In this document: piece by piece, positions 41,001 to 53,400 of the stretch
Layout: every line of letters begins with the position of its first letter
How positions within the stretch are numbered: position 1 is the first letter of the stretch
Origin: the human T2T-CHM13v2.0 reference genome, Homo sapiens
NCBI RefSeq assembly: GCF_009914755.1
Contig: NC_060925.1
Direction: 5' to 3' (one strand)
DNA length: 64,000 nt
Position numbers and translations under genes: made by a program
The notes under the pieces: model-generated
What the model saw: the letters and a program-made list of their open reading frames with translations, nothing else
The model's database searches: none
What the model was told of the DNA's origin: nothing

Positions 41001-44000
41001 GAAGGCCTCTAAGTGGTCAAAATATCCACGTGCAGACTTTACAAACAGAGTGTTTCCAAACCGCTGAATGAAAAGAAAAGTTAAACTCTGAGAGTTGAAC
41101 GCACACATCACGCAGCAGTTTCTGAGAATGATTCTGTCTAGTTTTTATACGAAGATATTTCCTTTTCTGCCTTTGGCCCCAAAGCGCTTGAAATCTCCAC
41201 TTGCAAATTCCACAAAAACAGTGTTTCAAATCTGCTCTCTCTAAATGAAAGTTCAACTCTGTCAGTTGAATACACACAACACAAGGAAGTTACTGAGAAT
41301 TCTTCTGTCTAGCATAATATGAAGAAATCCCGTTTCCAACGAAGGCCTCAAAGGGGTCTGAATATCCACTTGCAGACTTTATAAACAGAGTGTTTACTAA
41401 CTGCTCTATGAAAAGAAAGGTTAAACTCTGTGAGTTGAACACACACATCACAAAGGAGTTTCTGAGAATCATTCTGTCTAGTTTTTCTACGAAGATATTT
41501 CCTTTTCTACTATTGACCTCAAAGCGGCTGAAATCTCCACTTGCAAATTCCACAAAAAGAGTGTTTCAAGTCTGCTCTGTGTAAAGGATCGTTCAACTCT
41601 GTGAGTTGAATACACACAACACAAGGAAGTGACTGAGAATTCTTCTGTCTAGCAGAATAGGAAGAAATCCCGTTTCCAACGAAGGCCTCAAAGAGGTCTG
41701 AATATCCACTTGCAGACTTTACAAACAGAGTGTTTCCTAACTGCTCCATGAAAAGAAAGGTTAAACTCTGTGAGTTGAAGGCACACATCACAAAGGAGTT
41801 TATGAGAATCATGCTGTCTAGTTTCTATAGGAAGATATTTCCTATTCTACCATTGACCTCAAAGCGGCTGAAATCTCCACTTGCAAATACCACAAAAAGA
41901 GTGTTTCAAGTCTGTTCTCTGTAAAGGATCGTTCAACTCTGTGATTTGAACACACACAACACAGGGAAGTTACTGAGAATTATTCTGTCTAGCATAATAT
42001 GAACAAATCCCGTTTCCAAAGAAGGCCTCAAAGAGGTCTGAATATCCTCTTGCAGACTTTACAAACAGAGTGTTTCCTAACTGCTCTATGAAAAGAAAAG
42101 TTAAACTCTGTGAGTTGAACGCACACATCGCAAAGGAGTTTCTGAGAATCATTCTGTCTAGTCTTTATACGAAGATAGTTTCCTTTTCTACCATTGACCT
42201 CAAAGCGGCTGAAATCTCCACTTGCAAATTCCACAAAAAGTGTGTTTCAAGTCTGCTCTGTGTAAAGGATCGTTCAACTCTGTGAGTTGAATACACACAA
42301 CACAAGGAAGTTACTGAGAATTCTTCTGTCTAACAGAATATGAAGAAATACCGTTTCAACCGAAGGCCTCAAGGAGGTCTGAATATCCACTTACAGACTT
42401 TACAAACAGAGTGTTTCCTAACTGCTCTATGAAAAGAAAGGTTAAACTCTGTGAGTTGAACGCACACATCACAAAGGAGTTTATGAGAATCATTCTGTCT
42501 AGTCTTTATACGAAGATATTTCCTTTTCTACCATTGACCTCAAAGCGGCTGAAATCTCCACTTGCAAATTCCACAAAAAGAGTGTTTCAAGTCTGCTCTG
42601 TGTAAAGGATCGTTCAACTCTGTGAGTTGAATACACACAACACAAGGAAGTTACTGAGAATTCTTCTGTCTAGCAGAATATGAAGAAATCCCGTTTCCAA
42701 CGAAGGCCTCAAGGAGGTCTGAATATCCACTTGCAGACTTTACAAACAGAGTGTTTCCTAACTGCTCTATGAACAGAAAGGTTAAACTCTGTGAGTTGAA
42801 CGCACACATCACAAAACAGTTTTTGAGAATCATTCTGTCTAGTCTTTATACGAAGATATTTCCTTTTCTACCATTGACATCAAAGCGGCTGAAATCTCCA
42901 CTTGCAAATTCCACAAAAAGAGTGTTTCAAGTCTGCTCTGTGTAAAGGATCGTTCAACTCTGTGAGTTGAATACACACAACACAAGGAAGTTACTGAGAA
43001 TTCTTCTGTCTGGCAGAATATGAAGAAATCCCGTTTCCAACGAAGGCCACAAGATGTCAGAATATCCACTGACAGACTTTACAGAGTGTTTCCTAACTGC
43101 TCTATGAACAGAAAGGTTAAACTCTGTGAGTTGAACGAACACATCACAACGCAGTTTGTGGGAATGATTCTGTCTAGTTTTGAAACGAAGATATTTCCTT
43201 TTCTGCCGTTGACCTTAAAGCGCTTGAAATCTACACTTGCAAATTGCACAAATAGAGTGTTTCAAATCTGCTCTGTCTAAGGGAACGTTCAACTCTGTGA
43301 GTTGAATGCACACAACACAAGGAAGTTACTGGGAATTCTTCTGTCTAGCCTTACATGAAAAAAACCCGTTTCCAACGAAGGCCTCTAAGTGGTCAAAATT
43401 TCCACGTGCAGACTTTACAAACAGAGTGTTTCCAAACCGCTGAATGAAAAGAAAAGTTAAACTCTGAGAGTTGAACGCACACATCACGCAGCAGTTTCTG
43501 AGAATGATTCTGTCTAGTTTTTATACGAAGATATTTCCTTTTCTGCCTTTGGCCCCAAAGCGCTTGAAATCTCCAATTGCAAATTCCACAAAAACAGTGT
43601 TTCAAATCTGCTCTCTCTAAATGAAAGTTCAACTCTGTCAGTTGAATACACACAACACAAGGAAGTTACTGAGAATTCTTCTGTCTAGCATAATATGAAG
43701 AAATCCCGTTTCCAACGAAGGCCTCAAAAGGGTCTGAATATCCACTTGCAGACTTTATAAACAGAGTGTTTACTAACTGCTCTATTAAAAGAAAGGTTAA
43801 ACTCTGTGAGTTGAACACACACATCACAAAGGAGTTTCTGAGAATCATTCTGTCTAGTTTTTCTACGAAGATATTTCCTTTTCTACTATTGACCTCAAAG
43901 CGGCTGAAATCTCCACTTGCAAATTCCACAAAAAGAGTGTTTCAAGTCTGCTCTGTGTAAAGGATCGTTCAACTCTGTGAGTTGAATACACACAACACAA

Positions 44001-45204
44001 GGAAGTGACTGAGAATTCTTCTGTCTAGCAGAATAGGAAGAAATCCCGTTTCCAACGAAGGCCTCAAAGAGGTCTGAATATCCACTTGCAGACTTTACAA
44101 ACAGAGTGTTTCCTAACTGCTCTATGAAAAGAAAGGTTAAACTCTGTGAGTTGAACGCACACATCACAAAGGAGTTTCTGAGAGTCGTTCTGTCTAGTTT
44201 GTATAGGAAGATATTTCCTATTCTACCATTGACCTCAAAGCGGCTTAAATCTCCACTTGCAAATTCCACAAAAAGAATGTTTCAAGTCTGCTCTGTGTAA
44301 AGGATCGTTGAACTCTGTGAGTTGAATACACACAACACAAGGAAGTTACTGAGAATTATTCTGTCTAGCAGAATATGAAGAAATCCCGTTTCCAACGAAG
44401 GCCTCAAAGAGGTCTGAATATCCAATTGCAGACTTTACAAACAGAGTGTTTCCTAACTGCTCTATGAAAAGAAAAGTTAAACTCTGTGAGTTGAACGCAC
44501 ACATCACAAAGGAGTTTATGAGAATCATTCTGTCTAGTCTTTATACGAAGATATTTCCTTTTCTACCATTGACCTCAAAGCGGCTGAAATCTCCACTTGC
44601 AAATTCCACAAAAAGAGTGTTTCAAGTCTGCTCTGTGTAAAGGATCGTTCAACTCTGTGAGTTGAATACACACAACACAAGGAAGTTACTGAGAATTCTT
44701 CTGTCTAGCAGAATATGAAGAAATCCCGTTTCCAACGAAGGCCTCAAGGAGGTCTGAATATCCACTTGCAGACTTTACAAACAGAGTGTTTCCTAACTGC
44801 TCTATGAACAGAAAGGTTAAACTCTGTGAGTTGAACGCACACATCACAAAAGAGTTTTTGAGAATCATTCTGTCTAGTCTTTATACGAAGATATTTCCTT
44901 TTCTACCATTGACATCAAAGCGGCTGAAATCTCCACTTGCAAATTCCACAAAAAGAGTGTTTCAAGTCTGCTCTGTGTAAAGGATCGTTCAACTCTGTGA
45001 GTTGAATACACACAACACAAGGAAGTTACTGAGAATTCTTCTGTCTAGCAGAATATGAAGAAATCCCGTTTCCAACGAAGGCCACAAGATGTCAGAATAT
45101 CCACTGACAGACTTTACAGAGTGTTTCCTAACTGCTCTATGAACAGAAAGGTTAAACTCTGTGAGTTGAACGAACACATCACAACGCAGTTTGTGGGAAT
45201 GATT
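38078..45204 (-). repeat. Three related HOR variants (16-, 14- and 12-mer) sharing a 4-bp deletion
   Basis: Lengths are 2716, 2376 and 2035. CACTGACAGACTTTACAGAG replaces CACTTACAGACTTTACAAACAGAG at ~40701, ~43077 and ~45112. Confidence 0.88.
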
Positions 45205-48200
45205 CTGTCTAGTTTTGAAACGAAGATATTTCCTTTTCTGCCGTTGACCTTAAAGCGCTTGAAATCTACACTTGCAAATTGCACAAATAGAGTGTTTCAA
45301 ATCTGCTCTGTCTAAGGGAACGTTCAACTCTGTGAGTTGAATGCACACAACACAAGGAAGTTACTGGGAATTCTTCTGTCTAGCCTTACATGAAAAAAAC
45401 CCGTTTCCAACGAAGGCCTCTAAGTGGTCAAAATATCCACGTGCAGACTTTACAAACAGAGTGTTTCCAAACCGCTGAATGAAAAGAAAAGTTAAACTCT
45501 GAGAGTTGAACGCACACATCACGCAGCAGTTTCTGAGAATGATTCTGTCTAGTTTTTATACGAAGATATTTCCTTTTCTGCCTTTGGCCCCAAAGCGCTT
45601 GAAATCTCCACTTGCAAATTCCACAAAAACAGTGTTTCAAATCTGCTCTCTCTAAATGAAAGTTCAACTCTGTCAGTTGAATACACACAACACAAGGAAG
45701 TTACTGAGAATTCTTCTGTCTAGCATAATATGAAGAAATCCCGTTTCCAACGAAGGCCTCAAAGGGGTCTGAATATCCACTTGCAGACTTTATAAACAGA
45801 GTGTTTACTAACTGCTCTATGAAAAGAAAGGTTAAACTCTGTGAGTTGAACACACACATCACAAAGGAGTTTCTGAGAATCATTCTGTCTAGTTTTTCTA
45901 CGAAGATATTTCCTTTTCTACTATTGACCTCAACGCGGCTGAAATCTCCACTTGCAAATTCCACAAAAAGAGTGTTTCAAGTCTGCTCTGTGTAAAGGAT
46001 CGTTCAACTCTGTGAGTTGAATACACACAACACAAGGAAGTGACTGAGAATTCTTCTGTCTAGCAGAATAGGAAGAAATCCCGTTTCCAACGAAGGCCTC
46101 AAAGAGGTCTGAATATCCACTTGCAGACTTTACAAACAGAGTGTTTCCTAACTGCTCTATGAAAAGAAAGGTTAAACTCTGTGAGTTGAACGCACACATC
46201 ACAAAGGAGTTTCTGAGAATCGTTCTGTCTAGTTTCTATAGGAAGATATTTCCTATTCTACCATTGACCTCAAAGCGGCTGAAATCTCCACTTGCAAATT
46301 CCACAAAAAGAATGTTTCAAGTCTGCTCTGTGTAAAGGATCGTTCAACTCTGTGAGTTGAATACACACAACACAAGGAAGTTACTGAGAATTCTTCTGTC
46401 TAGCAGAATATGAAGAAATCCCGTTTCCAACGAAGGCCTCAAAGAGGTCTGAATATCCACTTGCAGACTTTACAAACAGAGTGTTTCCTAACTGCTCTAT
46501 GAAAAGAAAAGTTAAACTCTGTGAGTTGAACGCACACATCACAAAGGAGTTTCTGAGAATCATTCTGTCTAGTCTTTATACGAAGATATTTCCTTTTCTA
46601 CCATTGACCTCAAAGCGGCTGAAATCTCCACTTGCAAATTCCACAAAAAGAGTGTTTCAAGTCTGCTCTGTGTAAAGGATCGTTCAACTCTGTGAGTTGA
46701 ATACACACAACACAAGGAAGTTACTGAGAATTCTTCTGTCTAGCAGAATATGAAGAAATCCCGTTTCCAACGAAGGCCTCAAGGAGGTCTGAATATCCAC
46801 TTGCAGACATTACAAACAGAGTGTTTCCTAACTGCTCTATGAACAGAAAGGTTAAACTCTGTGAGTTGAACGAACACATCACAACGCAGTTTGTGGGAAT
46901 GATTCTGTCTAGTTTTGAAACGAAGAAATTTCCTTTTCTGCCATTGACCTTAAAGCGCTTGAAATCTACACTTGCAAATTGCACAAATAGAGTGTTTCAA
47001 ATCTGCTCTGTCTAAGGGAACGTTCAACTCTGTGAGTTGAATGCACACAACACAAGGAAGTTACTGGGAATTCTTCTGTCTAGCCTTACATGAAGAAAAC
47101 CCGTTTCCAAAGAAGGCCTCTAAGTGGTCAAAATATCCACGTGCAGACTTTACAAACAGAGTGTTTCCAAACTGCTGAATGAAAAGAAAAGTTAAACTCT
47201 GAGAGTTCAACGCACACATCACGCAGCAGTTTCTGAGAATGATTCTGTCTAGTTTTTATACGAAGATATTTCCTTTTCTGCCTTTGGCCCCAAAGCGCTT
47301 GAAATCTCCACTTGCAAATTCCACAAAAACAGTGTTTCAAATCTGCTCTCTCCAAATGAAAGTTCAACTCTGTCAGTTGAATACACACAACACAAGGAAG
47401 TTACTGAGAATTCTTCTGTCTAGCATAATATGAAGAAATCCCGTTTCCAACGAAGGCCTCAAAGGGGTCTGAATATCCACTTGCAGACTTTATAAACAGA
47501 GTGTTTACTAACTGCTCTATGAAAAGAAAGGTTAAACTCTGTGAGTTGAACACACACATCACAAAGGAGTTTCTGAGAATCATTCTGTCTAGTTTTTCTA
47601 CGAAGATATTTCCTTTTCTACTATTGACCTGAAAGCGGCTGAAATCTCCACTTGCAAATTCCACAAAAAGAGTGTTTCAAGTCTGCTCTGTGTAAAGGAT
47701 CGTTCAACTCTGTGAGTTGAATACACACAACACAAGGAAGTTACTGAGAATTCTTCTGTCTAGCAGAATATGAAGAAATCCCGTTTCCAACGAAGGCCTC
47801 AAGGAGGTCTGAATATCCACTTGCAGACTTTACAAACAGAGTGTTTCCTAACTGCTCTATGAAAAGAAAGGTTAAACTCTGTGAGTTGAACGCACACATC
47901 ACAAAGGAGTTTCTGAGAATCGTTCTGTCTAGTTTCTATAGGAAGATATTTCCTATTCTACCATTGACCTCAAAGCGGCTGAAATCTCCACTTGCAAATT
48001 CCACAAAAAGAATGTTTCAAGTCTGCTCTGTGTAAAGGATCGTTCAACTCTGTGAGTTGAATACACACAACACAAGGAAGTTACTGAGAATTATTCTGTC
48101 TAGCATAATATGAAGAAATCCCGTTTCCAACGAAGGCCTCAAAGAGGTCTGAATATCCACTTGCAGACTTTACAAACAGAGTGTTTCCTAACTGCTATAT

Positions 48201-49781
48201 GAAAAGAAAAGTTAAACTCTGTGAGTTGAACGCACACATCACAAAGGAGTTTATGAGAATCATTCTGTCTAGTCTTTATACGAAGATATTTCCTTTTCTA
48301 CCATTGACCTCAAAGCGGCTGAAATCTCCACTTGCAAATTCCACAAAAAGAGTGTTTCAAGTCTGCTCTGTGTAAAGGATCGTTCAACTCTGTGAGTTGA
48401 ATACACACAACACAAGGAAGTTACTGAGAATTCTTCTGTCTAGCAGAATATGAAGAAATCCCGTTTCCAACGAAGGCCTCAAGGAGGTCTGAATATCCAC
48501 TTGCAGACTTTACAAACAGAGTGTTTCCTAACTGCTCTATGAAAAGAAAGGTTAAACTCTGTGAGTTGAACGCACACATCACAAAGGAGTTTATGAGAAT
48601 CATTCTGTCTAGTTTCTATAAGAAGATATTTCCTATTCTACCATTGACCTCAAAGCGGCTGAAATCTCCACTTGCAAATTCGACAAAAAGAGTGTTTCAA
48701 GCCTGCTCTCTGTAAAGGATCCTTCAACTCTGTGAGTTGAATACACACAACACAAGGAAGTTACTGAGAATTATTCTGTCTAGCATAATATGAAGAAATC
48801 CCGTTTCCAACGAAGGCCTCAAAGAGGTCTGAATATCCACTTGCAGACTTTACAAACAGAGTGTTTCCTAACTGCTCTATGAGAAGAAAAGTTAAACTCT
48901 GTGAGTTGAACGCACACATCACAAAAGATTTTCTGAGAATCATTCTGTGTAGTCTTTATAGGAAGATAGCTTCCTTTTCTACCATTGACCTCAAATCGGC
49001 TGAAATCTCCACTTGCAAATTCCACAAAAAGAGTGTTTCAAGTCTGCTCTGTGTAAAGGATCGTTCAACTCTGTGAGTTGAATACACACAACACAAGGAA
49101 GTTACTGAGAATTCTTCTGTCTAGCAGAATATGAAGAAATCCCGTTTCCAACGAAGGCCACAAGATGTCAGAATATCCACTTACAGACTTTACAAACAGA
49201 GTGTTTCCTAACTGCTCTATGAACAGGAAGGTTAAACTCTGTGAGTTGAACGAACACATCACAACGCAGTTTGTGGGAATGATTCTGTCTAGTTTTGAAA
49301 CGAAGATATTTCCTTTTCTGCCGTTGACCTTAAAGCGCTTGAAATCTACACTTGCAAATTGCACAAATAGAGTGTTTCAAATCTGCTCTGTCTAAGGGAA
49401 CGTTCAACTCTGTGAGTTGAATGCACACAACACAAGGAAGTTACTGGGAATTCTTCTGTCTAGCCTTACATGAAAAAAAACCCGTTTCCAACGAAGGCCT
49501 CTAAGTGGTCAAAATATCCACGTGCAGACTTTACAAACAGAGTGTTTCCAAACCGCTGAATGAAAAGAAAAGTTAAACTCTGAGAGTTGAACGCACACAT
49601 CACGCAGCAGTTTCTGAGAATGATTCTGTCTAGTTTTTATACGAAGATATTTCCTTTTCTGCCCTTGGCCCCAAAGCGCTTGAAATCTCCACTTGCAAAT
49701 TCCACAAAAACAGTGTTTCAAATCTGCTCTCTCTAAATGAAAGTTCAACTCTGTCAGTTGAATACACACAACACAAGGAAG

Positions 49782-50461
49782 TTACTGAGAATTCTTCTGT
49801 CTAGCATAATATGAAGAAATCCCGTTTCCAACGAAGGCCTCAAAGGGGTCTGAATATCCACTTGCAGACTTTATAAACAGAGTGTTTACTAACTGCTCTA
49901 TGAAAAGAAAGGTTAAACTCTGTGAGTTGAACACACACATCACAAAGCAGTTTCTGAGAATCATTCTGTCTAGTTTTTCTACGAAGATATTTCCTTTTCT
50001 ACTATTGACCTCAAAGCGGCTGAAATCTCCACTTGCAAATTCCACAAAAAGAGTGTTTCAAGTCTGCTCTGTGTAAAGGATCGTTCAACTCTGTGAGTTG
50101 AATACACACAACACAAGGAAGTTACTGAGAATTCTTCTGTCTAGCAGAATAGGAAGAAATCCCGTTTCCAACGAAGGCCTCAAAGGGGTCTGAATATCCA
50201 CTTGCAGACTTTATAAACAGAGTGTTTACTAACTGCTCTATGAAAAGAAAGGTTAAACTCTGTGAGTTGAACACACACATCACAAAGGAGTTTCTGAGAA
50301 TCATTCTGTCTAGTTTTTCTACGAAGATATTTCCTTTTCTACTATTGACCTCAAAGCGGCTGAAATCTCCACTTGCAAATTCCACAAAAAGAGTGTTTCA
50401 AGTTTGCTCTGTGTAAAGGATCGTTCAACTCTGTGAGTTGAATACACACAACACAAGGAAG
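49782..50461 (-). repeat. Tandem duplication of the normally once-per-HOR 'AAAGGGG/TTATAAAC/TTACTAAC' dimer
   Basis: The diagnostic dimer occurs twice, 340 bp apart (ORFs 49882 and 50222), within the 18-mer at 49285-52345. Confidence 0.85.
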
Positions 50462-53400
50462 TTACTGAGAATTCTTCTGTCTAGCAGAATAGGAAGAAAT
50501 CCCGTTTCCAACGAAGGCCTCAAAGAGGTCTGAATATCCACTTGCAGACTTTACAAACAGAGTGTTTCCTAACGGCTCTATGAAAAGAAAAGTTAAACTC
50601 TGTGAGTTGAACGCACACATCACAAAGGAGTTTCTGAGAATCGTTCTGTCTAGTTTCTATAGGAAGATATTTCCTATTCTACCATTGACCTCAAAGCGGC
50701 TGAAATCTCCACTTGCAAATTCCACAAAAAGAGTGTTTCAAGTCTGCTCTGTGTAAAGGATCGTTCAACTCTGTGAGTTGAATACACACAACACAAGGAA
50801 GTTACTGAGAATTCTTCTGTCTAGCAGAATAGGAAGAAATCCCGTTTCCAACGAAGGCCTCAAGGAGGTCTGAATATCCACTTGCAGACTTTACAAACAG
50901 AGTGTTTCCTAACTGCTCTATGAACAGAAAGGTAAAACTCTGTGAGTTTAACGCACACATCACAAAGGAGTTTCTGAGAATCATTCTGTCTAGTCTTTAT
51001 ACGAAGATATTTACTTTTCTACCATTGACCTCAAAGCGGCTGAAATCTCCACTTGCAAATTCCACAAAAAGAGTGTTTCAAGTCTGCTCTGTGTAAAGGA
51101 TCATTCAACTCTGTGAGTTGAATAAACACAACACAAGGAAGTTACTGAGAATTCTTCTGTCTAGCAGAATATGAAGAAATCCCGTTTCCAACGAAGGCCT
51201 CAAGGAGGTCTGAATATCCACTTGCAGACTTTACAAACAGAGTGTTTCCTAACTGCTCTATGAAAAGAAAGGTTAAACTCTGTGAGTTGAACGCACACAT
51301 CACAAAGGAGTTTCTGAGAATCATTCTGTCTAGTTTCTATAAGAAGATATTTCCTTTTCTACCATTGACCTCAAAGCGGCTGAAATCTCCACTTGCAAAT
51401 TCCACAAAAAGAGTGTTTCAAGTCTGCTCTGTGTAAAGGATCATTCAACTCTGTGAGTTGAATACACACAACACAAGGAAGTTACTGAGAATTCTTCTGT
51501 CTAGCAGAATATGAAGAAATCCCGTTTCCAACGAAGGCCTCAAGGAAGTCTGAATATCCACTTGCAGACTTTACAAACAGAGTGTTTCCTAACTGCTCTA
51601 TGAAAAGAAAGGTTAAACTCTGTGAGTTGAACGCACACATCACAAAGGAGTTTCTGAGAATCATTCTGTCTAGTTTCTATAAGAAGATATTTCCTATTCT
51701 ACCATTGACCTCAAAGCGGGTGAAATCTCCACTTGCAAATTCGACAAAAAGAGTGTTTGAAGCCTGCTCTCTGTAAAGGATCCTTCAACTCTGTGAGTTG
51801 AATACACACAACACAAGGAAGTTACTGAGAATTATTCTGTCTAGCATAATATGAAGAAATCCCGTTTCCAACGAAGGCCTCAAAGAGGTCTGAATATCCA
51901 CTTGCAGACTTTACAAAGAGAGTGTTTCCTAACTGCTCTATGAGAAGAAAAGTTAAACTCTGTGAGTTGAACGCACACATCACAAAAGATTTTCTGAGAA
52001 TCATTCTGTCTAGTCTTTATAAGAAGATAGCTTCCTTTTCTACCATTGACCTCAAATCGGCTGAAATCTCCACTTGCAAATTCCACAAAAAGAGTGTTTC
52101 AAGTCTGCTCTGTGTAAAGGATCGTTCAACTCTGTGAGTTGAATACACACAACACAAGGAAGTTACTGAGAATTCTTCTGTCTAGCAGAATATGAAGAAA
52201 TCCCGTTTCCAACGAAGGCCACAAGATGTCAGAATATCCACTTACAGACTTTACAAACAGAGTGTTTCCTAACTGCTCTATGAACAGAAAGGTTAAACTC
52301 TGTGAGTTGAACGAACACATCACAACGCAGTTTGTGGGAATGATTCTGTCTAGTTTTGAAACGAAGATATTTCCTTTTCTGCCGTTGACCTTAAAGCGCT
52401 TGAAATCTACACTTGCAAATTGCACAAATAGAGTGTTTCAAATCTGCTCTGTCTAAGGGAACGTTCAACTCTGTGAGTTGAATGCACACAACACAAGGAA
52501 GTTACTGGGAATTCTTCTGTCTAGCCTTACATGAAAAAAAAACCGCTTCCAACGAAGGCCTCTAAGTGGTCAAAATATCCACGTGCAGACTTTACAAACA
52601 GAGTGTTTCCAAACCGCTGAATGAAAAGAAAAGTTAAACTCTGAGAGTTGAACGCACACATCACGCAGCAGTTTCTGAGAATGATTCTGTCTAGTTTTTA
52701 TACGAAGATATTTCCTTTTCTGCCCTTGGCCCCAAAGCGCTTGAAATCTCCACTTGCAAATTCCACAAAAACAGTGTTTCAAATCTGCTCTCTCTAAATG
52801 AAAGTTCAACTCTGTGAGTTGAATACACACAACACAAGGAAGTTACTGAGAATTCTTCTGTCTAGCATAATATGAAGAAATCCCGTTTCCAACGAAGGCC
52901 TCAAAGGGGTCTGAATATCCACTTGCAGACTTTATAAACAGAGTGTTTACTAACTGCTCTATGAAAAGAAAGGTTAAACTCTGTGAGTTGAACACACACA
53001 TCACAAAGGAGTTTCTGAGAATCATTCTGTCTAGTTTTTCTACGAAGATATTTCCTTTTCTACTATTGACCTCAAAGCGGTTGAAATCTCCACTTGCAAA
53101 TTCCACAAAAAGAGTGTTTCAAGTCTGCTCTGTGTAAAGGATCGTTCAACTCTGTGAGTTGAATACACACAACACAAGGAAGTTACTGAGAATTCTTCTG
53201 TCTAGCAGAATATAAAGAAATCCCGTTTCCAACGAAGGCCTCAAAGAGGTCTGAATATCCACTTGCAGACTTTACAAACAGAGTGTTTCCTAACGGCTCT
53301 ATGAAAAGAAAAGTTAAACTCTGTGAGTTGAACGCACACATCACAAAGGAGTTTCTGAGAATCGTTCTGTCTAGTTTCTATAGGAAGATATTTCCTATTC

